Shown: positions 11,887 to 23,100 of the stretch, in pieces
Layout of the letters: each line of letters starts with the position of its first letter
Numbering within the stretch: position 1 is the stretch's first letter
Position numbers and translations under genes: made by a program
NCBI RefSeq assembly: GCF_964355755.1
Contig: NC_092676.1
Coordinates: 29,654,871 to 29,718,870 of the forward strand
Source of the DNA: Antedon mediterranea
Taxonomy: Eukaryota > Animalia > Echinodermata
Direction of reading: 5' to 3'
DNA length: 64,000 bases
The notes under the pieces: model-generated
The model's input: the letters and a program-made list of their open reading frames with translations, nothing else
The model's database searches: none
What the model was told of the DNA's origin: nothing

Positions 11887-14604
11887 ATGCAGTCTTCGAA
11901 TGAGGTGAGTTCAATTGGCCTAAAATACCTTAAGTTGTCATTGTAATTGATTCAACCAAATGAAATTTATTTTATATTGTCATATTTGAATATTGTGTAC
12001 AATTTCTGTTTATTGTAGGTAAGCCCTAGCAGCATTATTATTAGGCCTGCCTAACTAGGCCTAGCTTTATAGTTAGTAGTAGGCTTGTTTGTAGAGAGTA
12101 GGCGCGGCTTACATGTGCCGCCTAGACCTACTTTAGAGCGTGAACGTCGTATGTTGTTGTTTACATTACCAAAATAGAATCTATGAAACGCCAAATAGGC
12201 CACACATTTTCGATAGTCTAGTGAATCTCATCGAAGTAGCCTACTAATAATAAGGTTAATAATTAATGTATGTAACTATTTTTATTTTATATATTTATAA
12301 ATATTATTATGATCCTTTCAATTCTCTGTTACACAATAATAGATCTGTGAAAGAACAATGGCTGCAACGCCAGTTTCAAGACCAACTTCTACACCACCTA
12401 CTACTACATCTACTACTAGGCCTAGCACTAGTAGTAAGCCAGGTTACGTTGTAATTGGTGGTGGTATTGCTGGGGTAACTTGTGTTGAGCATTTGTCCTT
12501 ACTGTCGCCCGATATTCCAATAACGCTGGTCACCGCATCTCCCCTTGTCAAGGCTGTTACCAACTTTAGACAGGTACAGTATGATGATTGTAGATTATAG
12601 AATAGGAGACCCTAAATATGGATGATAAAGCAATTGATTTGATTGGAGGAATATAGTGTGAAAGATAGAAGAGACACAGTGGAGAAACAATAGCAAGGCC
12701 GTAGTAAAAGGTTAAAAACAGACGAGGCAAAGATGCTTTAAATATAAATATAAAATATGATGAGCTGTGCTGATGGATTTTCGAGTGTGTGGTGAAAACT
12801 GAAAATGTCATGCCTCACGCTGGCCACGGTCCTGAATAAATTTGTTTAAAAAAATGTTTTTTTTTGTGATTCTATAAAAACTGAAATATATTAGTATGAT
12901 TGTCTTTTTTTTTAGATTTCGAAAGTTATTGAACATTTTTCAGTAGAAGAGAAGCATGCGAGTAACCTACAGTCTTCTGTAAGAGGATTATCAATCGTTC
13001 ATGCGATGGTTAGCGGGATTGATGCTGCAAAACAGGTTATTACAATAGATGACGGTGAAAGCATTCCTTACTCTAAACTTTGTATATGTTCCGGTGGACA
13101 ACCTGACATCATATGTAAAGACAATCCCAATGTTTTAGGAATTAGAGACACAGAAACCGTGAAGTCCTTTCAAAAGAAGTTGGCTGCTGCTAATCGCGTT
13201 GCTGTGATTGGCAACGGTGGAATTGCAACTGAACTTGTTTACGAGATTCAAGGCAGTACTGTGATATGGGCGATCCGCGATAAAAGCATCAGTCACACGT
13301 TTGTTGATGCTGGCGCTGCAGAATTTTTTCTTCCACATTTAAAAAGTGAAAAAGAATCTGTAGCAGGTCCAAGTAAAAGAATGATATATGCAGGTTTGTA
13401 GTTTGTTATGTTGATTTTAATCACTATGACTTTTGTCAATTTTGCAGACTTTTTGAATTCATATTTTGTTTAAATTGTCTTTTTTCCCCTTTTAGTATCG
13501 GACGCTGATAATATAGATTCAACCAAAGGTTCATCATCTGGGGGAGCTTTGGGTCCTGATTGGAGCAATGGCGTGTCAATGCAGGGAGGAGGAAGTGGTC
13601 ATCACCCTGTGTATGTAGAATATGAATGCGAGGTCAGTTACATTTATCAGTGGAAAATTATTTCCATTTATTGTTACCATGCATACACTGTTACCATGCA
13701 TACACTGTTACCATGCATACACTGTTACCATGCATACACTGTTATACCAATTACTTTGGTTGGTTTTAATATACGTGGACATAGACATACTTTATTCATC
13801 AAAAAAGGTAAGATAAGGACGATATAAAAATAGATTTAAAATGGATTTGAAATAGACTAATTTTTAAAAATGATATTTGTTGTTTTTTTTTGTCAGGTTC
13901 AGCGAATACTAACGGCAGAAGAATACGCACAGCTAGGTCAAGCTGCAAACATTCTAGCATGTGACACAATGAGCCAATCATGGCCTGTCTACATCTTATT
14001 AACAAATGGCAAATTATATGGTTGTGATCTTATAGTTAGCGCTACTGGCGTCAACCCAAATGTCGCCCCATTCACAAAAGGGCCAATGCCACTAACTATC
14101 GCACCCGATGGCGGTATAAGTGTTGATGATCACATGAGAACGAACTTAGAACATGTTTATGCCGCCGGTGATGTTTGCTCAGCATCATGGCAACCGGCTG
14201 AGCAATGGTTTCAGATGCGGTTATGGTCTCAGGCCCGGCAAATGGGAGCGTATGCAGCTAAGTGTATGATAGCGGATACTTCTGGGCAGGTAATTCACCA
14301 GGACTTTTGTTTTGAGTTATTTGCACATATGACAACATTTTTTGGTTTTAAAGTTGTGCTGTTGGGTAAGTTTAACGGACAGGGGCTTGATAAGAAGGAC
14401 TACGAGGCTCTGGTTCGAGTCACGCTTGGTGTCGAATATATAAAAGTTATACTTAAAGATGGCAAAATGTACGGAGCTATTCTTATAGGTGACACAGATC
14501 TTGAGGAAACCTTTGAGAACTTGATATTGAACAAGACGGATTTGACGAGGTATGGAGAGGACCTGTTGAATCCAGGGGTTGATATTGAAGACTATTTTGA
14601 TTGA
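11887..14604 (+). CDS. PYROXD1: Pyridine nucleotide-disulfide oxidoreductase domain-containing protein 1
   Basis: Exons 11887-11904 (tentative, ATG..GAG|GTGAGT), 12343-12573 (alternative ATG at 12358), 12916-13393, 13496-13632, 13897-14604. Motifs [90 protein letters not shown] and terminal DIEDYFD. Confidence 0.96.
13669..13743. repeat. 17-bp tandem repeat, ~4 copies, intronic
   Basis: ctgttaccatgcataca repeated. Confidence 0.8.
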
Positions 14605-16000
14605 AAACTTAACCTGTCAGACTAATATGGCAATTATGGTGAAATATTGGATTGAACTCTAATTGTATTAACAATGGAGTCTTGTGTCAATTAGCCCATA
14701 GGATTATACTTGATCATTTTGAATAATGTACAGTATTATTTTTTTTATACTGTAAAGTACCTATACAATCTCAGATATAGTATTTTAATGTTTTACAATG
14801 CAATGTGCTATTTACAGTGTGAGAATTAGGAAAGTCAATTATTTTAGTATTTCATTCAGTGGTGTAATCATGCATTGTAATCTTTAATTTAATGTAAACA
14901 ATTTGTTTTAATACTTTATTTACACAACCACCAATAGTGCAAACCACCAATGGCAGGTGGATTATATAGTATACACATAAAATATACTCAAAAAGGTAAA
15001 ATTTACATAATTATTTCATTCAAACATTTAAATTTAGAAAGGATACAGTTAAGATACAAAAAAATCAACAAAAGTTGACAGAAAACACAATTTTTACAAA
15101 TACAAGAACATTTAACACAAAGAGGATTTATATGAAGTTAAAATAATGAAACAGATAAACTTAGAATTAAGATCTTGCACTTCTAAACTTTGTTGGTCAG
15201 CTTGTGTCTGTGTGTCTACAGTACTACCTCTGGTTAGTTTACACATAGAGATATAATATCTCTATGGTTTACAGCACGTGTGTAGATTTATTTTAGCAGA
15301 GGCTTATCAAAATAAAATTCCTAATAAAATGTTAAACAATGTTTTGTGTTCTCTGTTATTACTGTAATAAATGTCAATGTATCTTAATATACAGTACTGT
15401 ATACGGTATCTATATACAGTATTGTAATCAATTAAATCACAAATATTTCCAAGATCTTTATTACATACACACAGTATGCCTACTTAACATTGAGGGGGTA
15501 CTTTAATTTGGTATAAAGAAATATACCAAATTGGTAGATCAAACATGGTTGACTTATACGCCCTCAATAGACTTCAAATTTACAATATTATTATAAATAT
15601 AATAACCATTGTTGGTTACCAATTATGAGCTATATTTCCTATACCATCCTGGCTAGTTGAGAATTCTCAACTATTTTATGTTTTTTACTACCTTTCTGGA
15701 AAATGATATAATCCAAATTGTATTAATACTACCAGTAGTAAACATTTAGAAACACTAGCATACCTTCACTAATTTTAGTTGTTTGTAGTTTAAGACAATC
15801 TTAGTGATATTTAAATGAAAACAATACGATAAAAACTATTGTGTCTGTAATTTACAAGACTATGACTTCCGTATAACGTGCATTGTGGGTACTTCAATTT
15901 TTATAGAAAAGCTAGGGAATCCTAATTTAGTAGGCAGCATATGGGGGCGGGGCAACCAAACTTGCTTATCAAATCAAAGTACAGTAAAGCAAAGGATAGA

Positions 16001-18420
16001 ATTAATGTACGATCCAGTTTACCACTGTTCTCAACTATAGTCATTTTAGTATACTTGAGCACAGTGATAAAGAATAGGATAAACTTAACAATATACAACA
16101 AATAGCATTAATGTACGATCCCGTTTAACACTGTTCTCAACTATAGTCATTTTGGTATACTTGAGCACAGTGATAAAGAATAGGATAAACTTAACAATAT
16201 ACAACAAATAACATTAATGTACGATCCCGTTTAACACTGTTCTCAACTATAGTCATTTTGGTATACTTGAGAACAGTGATAAAGAATAGGATAAACTTAA
16301 CAATATACAACAAATAACATTAATGTACGATCCCGTTTAAAACTGTTCTCAACTATAGTCATTTTGGTATACTTGAGCACAGTGATAAAGAATAGGATAA
16401 ACTTAATAATATACAACAAATAGCATTAATGTACGATCCCGTTTAACACTGTTCTCAACTATAGTCATTTTGGTATACTTGAGTACAGTGATAAAGAATA
16501 GGATAAACTTAATAATATACAACAAATAACATTAATGTAGGCCTATGATCCCGTTTAACACTGTTCTCAACTATAGTCATTTTGGTATACTTGAGCACAG
16601 TGATAAAGAATAGGATAAACTTAATAATATACAACAAATAACATTAATGTACGATCCAGTTTAACACTGTTCTCAACTATAGTCATTTTGGTATACTTAA
16701 GAACAGTGATAAAGAATAGGATAAACTTAATAATATACAACAAATAGCATTAATGTACGATCCCGTTTAACACTGTTCTCGACTATAGTCATTTTGGTAT
16801 ACTTGAGCACAGTGATAAAGAATAGGATAAACTTAATAATATACAACAAATAACATTAATGTACGATCCAGTTTAACACTGTTCTCAACTATAGTCATTT
16901 TGGTATACTTGAGAACAGTGATAAAGAATAGGATAAACTTAATAATATACAACAAATAACATTAATGTATGATCCCGTTTAACACTGTTCTCGACTATAG
17001 TCATTTTGGTATACTTGAGCACAGTGATAAAGAATAGGATAAACTTAACAATATACAACAAATAACATTAATGTACGATCCCGTTTAACACTGTTCTCGA
17101 CTATAGTCATTTTGTTATACTTGAGCACAGTGATAAAGAATAGGATAAACTTAACAATATACAACAAATAGCATTAATGTATGATCCCGTTTAACACTGT
17201 TCTCGACTATAGTCATTTTGGTATACTTGAGCACAGTGATAAAGAATAGGATAAACTTAACAATATACAACAAATAACATTAATGTATGATCCCGTTTAA
17301 CACTGTTCTCGACTATAGTCATTTTGGTATACTTGAGCACAGTGATAAAGAATAGGATAAACTTAACAATATACAACAAAAATGTACGATCCAGTTTAAC
17401 ACTGTTCTCAACTATAGTCATTTTGGTATACTTGAGCACAGTGATAAAGAATAGGATAAACTTAACAATATACAACAAAAAACATTAATGTACGATCCCG
17501 TTTAACACTGTTCTCAACTATAGTCATTTTGGTATACTTGAGCACAGTGATAAAGAATAGGATAAACTTAACAATATACAACAAATAACATTAATGTACG
17601 ATCCCGTTTAACACTGTTCTCGACTATAGTCATTTTGGTATACTTGAGCACAGTGATAAAGAATAGGATAAACTTAACAATATACAACAAATAGCATTAA
17701 TGTATGATCCCGTTTAACACTGTTCTCGACTATAGTCATTTTGGTATACTTGAGCACAGTGATAAAGAATAGGATAAACTTAACAATATACAACAAATAA
17801 CATTAATGTATGATCCCGTTTGACACTGTTCTCGACTATAGTCATTTTGGTATACTTGAGCACAGTGATAAAGAATAGGATAAACTTAACAATATACAAC
17901 AAAAATGTACGATCCAGTTTAACACTGTTCTCAACTATAGTCATTTTGGTATACTTGAGCACAGTGATAAAGAATAGGATAAACTTAACAATATACAACA
18001 AAAAACATTAATGTACGATCCCGTTTAACACTGTTCTCAACTATAGTCATTTTGGTATACTTGAGCACAGTGATAAAGAATAGGATAAACTTAACAATAT
18101 ACAACAAATAACATTAATGTACGATCCCGTTTAACACTGTTCTCAACTATAGTCATTTTGGTATACTTGAGCACAGTGATAAAGAATAGGATAAACTTAA
18201 CAATATATAAACTTAATAATATACAACAAATAACATTAATGTACGATCCAGTTTAACACTGTTCTCGACTATAGTCATTTTGGTATACTTGAGCACAGTG
18301 ATAAAGAATAGGATAAACTTCGAATAAACAGCAAATAACATTAATGTACGATGCCGTTTAATACTGTTTTAAACTATAGTCATTTGAGTATAATTAATCA
18401 CAGATAAAGAATAAGATCAA
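16001..18420 (+). repeat. 106-bp satellite array, left arm (~23 monomers)
   Basis: attaatgtacgatcccgtttaacactgttctcaactatagtc... at 16001, 16107, 16213; a 523-bp five-monomer block is duplicated (17257 vs 17780). Confidence 0.97.
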
Positions 18421-18506
18421 CTTTAATACTATTTATTAAATAAAAAAAACTAATTCTATATTAACACATATTATTTACATATACTTTAACTGCTGATTTC
18501 TAGTAT

Positions 18507-18621
18507 AAACAGGCCATAGGCCTCCTATACATGGCTGCAGTCGCGTGCTCAAATTTGAGTTGGTGTTTACCGACCGACCGACATAGTGAGCTGTAGAGTC
18601 GCGTTTGCACGCTACTAAAAA
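18507..18621 (-). mobile_element. Short Helentron-associated (HINE/DINE-1-like) element
   Basis: Minus strand: T-run, agtagcgtgcaaacgcgact hairpin, (GTCG)n microsatellite, second gcacgcgact, terminal gccat..atggc stem-loop, then tgttt. Confidence 0.5.
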
Positions 18622-18857
18622 GTTCACAAAAACCGTAGGACGGGCACAGGGGAGTTTGTTCGAAACTCCAACTCCTCCCCTGGCTATGCGTTTAGATTTG
18701 TCATGCCTCCTTTACAAGCCAAGATTATTAGAATACTATTAGGAGGATCAAACACAATTCTTGTTTCCAGATTTCATTGACATTACAGGTATGAAGTCTA
18801 TCAATATACAGTAGCGCTTAATACAATACTTGTTGAGGCCATATCCATCTATACATT

Positions 18858-20100
18858 TTAGTGTTATTCCACTTTAAAAAAGTCGATTTATATCAATACT
18901 CATCAACATACGATATAACGATAGAATTTATTGCAACTTGTCCATGTCGTATTCATCTACAAATAAAGTGTCTATTACCGTACTTTTAAAAATCTATTTA
19001 TATCAATACCTATCAACATATGTACGTGTGCATATTATATATACAAAAATATATACATCAACATAAATGTCATATCATTTACAGTCATTAGTGTTATTTC
19101 ACTTTTAATATTAGTAAATCCAAAGGCAAAATACTGAAATAATAACAATGCTGTGGTCTCAATGGAGATACAAAAAAAGAAGCGAAAAGCTAAATCAAAA
19201 CGATAAAGTTAGAAAAGTTAGCAGAGTTTTCGGGCAACACTAGCCCTTCATCAGTGCAAGTGAGGGTACTTGTACAAGACAGTGTTATTTAACGTTTAGT
19301 CGATTTATATCAATACACTCATCAACATATGTACGTGCAATTCACGTCTACAATCAATAGTGTTATTTCCACTTTTAAAAGTCGATTTATATCAATATAC
19401 TCATCAACATATGTACGTGTCCACGTCATATTCATCTATAAATATTAGTGTTATTTCACTTTTAAAAGTCGATTTATCAATATACTCATCAATAAATGTA
19501 CTTGTCCACGTCATATTCATCTACAATCAATAGTGTTATTTCACTTTTAAAAGTCGATTTATATCAATATACTCATCAACATTATGTACCGTACGTGTCC
19601 ACGTCATGTTCATCTACAAATATTAGTGTTATTTCACTTTTAAAAGTCGATTTATATCAATATACTCATCAACATATGTAAATCGTGTCCAAGTCATATT
19701 CATCTACAAATATTAGTGTTAATTTGACTTTTAAAAGTCGATTTATATCAATATACTAATCAATATATGTACGTGTCCACGTCATATTCATTTACAAATC
19801 AGTGTTATTTCACTTTTCGAAGTCAATTATATTAATATAGGCCTACTCATCAACATAGGTACGTGCAATTCACGTCATATTCATATATGATCAATAGTGT
19901 ACAACTAATAGTGTTATTTCACTTTTCAAAGTCGATTTATATAAATATACTACTCATCAACATAATGTACGTGCAATTCACGTCATATTTATCTACAATC
20001 ATTTGTGTTAATTCCACTTTTAAAAGTCAATTTATATCAATTACTTATGAACATATATGTACGTGTCCGCGTCATTCATCTACAAATATTATAGTGTTAT
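18858..20100. repeat. Degenerate ~88-bp tandem repeat (~12 copies) in the loop between the satellite arms
   Basis: tagtgttatttcacttttaaaagtcgatttatatcaatatactcatcaacatatgtacgtg recurs at 19358, 19446, 19531, 19624, 19714. Confidence 0.9.
19115..19280 (-). mobile_element. Penelope-like retroelement terminal fragment with degenerate minimal hammerhead motif
   Basis: Minus strand gca-CTGATGA-a-gggc-tagtgtt-gccc-GAAA-actc-tgc; interrupts the 88-bp repeat; a related piece aaatccaaaggcaaa..aatgctgtgg recurs at ~27300. Confidence 0.5.
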
Positions 20101-23100
20101 TAAGTTTTTCATATTATCACTGTGCTCAAGTATATGAAAATGACTATAGTTGAGAACAGTGTTAAACAGGATCGTGTACATTAATGTTATTTGTTGTATA
20201 TTGTGCTCAAGTATACCAAAATGACTATAGTTGAGAACAGTGGTAAACGGGATCGTACATTAATGTTTTTTGTTGTACGTATATTGTTAAGTTTATCCTA
20301 TTCTTTATCACTGTGCTCAAGTATACCAAAATGTCTATAGTTGAGAACAGTGTTAAACTGGATCGTACATTTTTGTTGTATATTGTTAAGTTTATCCTAT
20401 TCTTTATCACTGTGCTCAAGTATACCAAAATGACTATAGTTGAGAACAGTGTTAAACGGGATCGTACATTAATGTTATTTGTTGTATATTGTTAAGTTTA
20501 TCCTATTCTTTATCACTGTGCTCAAGTATACCAAAATGACTATAGTTGAGAACAGTGTTAAACTGGATCGTACATTTTTGTTGTATATTGTTAAGTTTAT
20601 CCTATTCTTTATCACTGTGCTCAAGTATACCAAAATGACTATAGTCGAGAACAGTGTTAAACGGGATCATACATTAATGTTATTTGTTGTATATTGTTAA
20701 GTTTATCCTATTCTTTATCACTGTGCTCAAGTATACCAAAATGACTATAGTCGAGAACAGTGTTAAACGGGATCATACATTAATGCTATTTGTTGTATAT
20801 TGTTAAGTTTATCCTATTCTTTATCACTGTGCTCAAGTATACCAAAATGACTAAAGTTGAGAACAGTGTTAAACGGGATCGTACATTAATGTTATTTGTT
20901 GTATATTGTTAAGTTTATCCTATTCTTTATCACTGTGCTCAAGTATACCAAAATGACTAAAGTTGAGAACAGTGTTAAACGGGATCATACATTAATGTTA
21001 TTTGTTGTATATTGTTAAGTTTATCCTATTTTTTATCACTGTGCTCAAGTATACCAAAATGACTATAGTTGAGAACAGTTTTAAACGGGATCATACATTA
21101 TTGTTATTTGTTGTATATTGTTAAGTTTATCCTATTCTTTATCACTGTGCTCAAGTATACCAAAATGACTATAGTTGAGAACAGTGTTAAACTGGATCGT
21201 ACATTAATGTTATTTATTGTATATTGTTAAGTTTATCCTATTCTTTATCACTGTGCTCAAGTATACCAAAATGACTATAGTCGAGAACAGTGTTAAACGG
21301 GATCATACATTAATGTTATTTATTGTATATTGTTAAGTTTATCCTATTCTTTATCACTGTGCTCAAGTATACCAAAATGACTATAGTAGAGAACAGTGTT
21401 AAACGGGATCATACATTAATGCTATTTGTTGTAGGCCTATATTGTTAAGTTTATCCTATTCTTTATCACTGTGCTCAAGTATACCAAAATGACTATAGTT
21501 GAGAACAGTGTTAAACGGGATCGTACATTGATGTTATTTGTTGTATATGGTTAAGTTTATCCTATTCTTTATCACTGTGCTCAAGTATACCAAAATGACT
21601 ATAGTCGAGAACAGTGTTAAACGGGATCGTACATTAATGTTATTTGTTGTATATTGTTAAGTTTATCCTATTCTTTATCAATGTGCTCAAGTATACCAAA
21701 ATGACTATAGTCGAGAACAGTGTTAAACGGGATCATACATTAATGTTATTTGTTGTATATTGTTAAGTTTATCCTATTCTTTATCACTGTGCTCAAGTAT
21801 ACCAAAATGACTATAGTTGAGAACAGTGTTAAACGGGATCATACATTAATGTTATTTGTTGTATATTGTTAAGTTTATCCTATTCTTTATCACTGTGCTC
21901 AAGTATACCAAAATGACTAAAGTTGAGAACAGTGTTAAACGGGATCATACATTAATGTTATTTGTTGTATATTGTTAAGTTTATCCTATTCTTTATCACT
22001 GTGCTCAAGTATACCAAAATGATAGTCGAGAACAGTGTTAAACGGGATCATACATTAATGTTATTTGTTGTATATTGTTAAGTTTATCCTATTCTTTATC
22101 ACTGTGCTCAAGTATACCAAAATGACTATAGTTGAGAACAGTGTTAAACAGGATCGTACATTGATGTTATTTGTTGTATATTCGTAAGTTTATCCTATTC
22201 TTTATCACTGTGCTCAAGTATACCAAAATGACTATTGTTGAGAACAGTGTTAAACGGGATCATACATTAATGTTATTTGTTGTATATTGTTAAGTTTATC
22301 CTATTCTTTATCACTGTGCTCTAGTACTGTATACCAAAATGACTATAGTTGAGAACAGTGTTAAACAGGATCGTGTACATTAATGTTATTTGTTGTATAT
22401 TGTGCTCAAGTATACCAAAATGACTATAGTTGAGAACAGTGTTAAACTGGATCGTACATTTTTGTTGTATATTGTTAAGTTTATCCTATTCTTTATCACT
22501 GTGCTCAAGTATACCAAAATGACTATAGTTGAGAACAGTGTTAAACGGGATCGTACATTAATGTTATTTGTTGTATATTGTTAAGTTTATCCTATTCTTT
22601 ATCACTGTGCTCAAGTATACCAAAATGACTATAGTTGAGAACAGTGTTAAACTGGATCGTACATTTTTGTTGTATATTGTTAAGTTTATCCTATTCTTTA
22701 TCACTGTGCTCAAGTATACCAAAATGACTATAGTCGAGAACAGTGTTACGGGATCATACATTAATGTTATTTGTTGTATATTGTTAAGTTTATCCTATTC
22801 TTTATCACTGTGCTCAAGTATACCAAAATGACTATAGTCGAGAACAGTGTTAAACGGGATCATACATTAATGCTATTTGTTGTATATTGTTAAGTTTATC
22901 CTATTCTTTATCACTGTGCTCAAGTATACCAAAATGACTAAAGTTGAGAACAGTGTTAAACGGGATCGTACATTAATGTTATTTGTTGTATATTGTTAAG
23001 TTTATCCTATTATCACTGTGCTCAAGTATACCAAAATGCCTATAGTTGAGAACAGTTTTAAACGGGATCATACATTAATGTTATTTGTTGTATATTGTTA

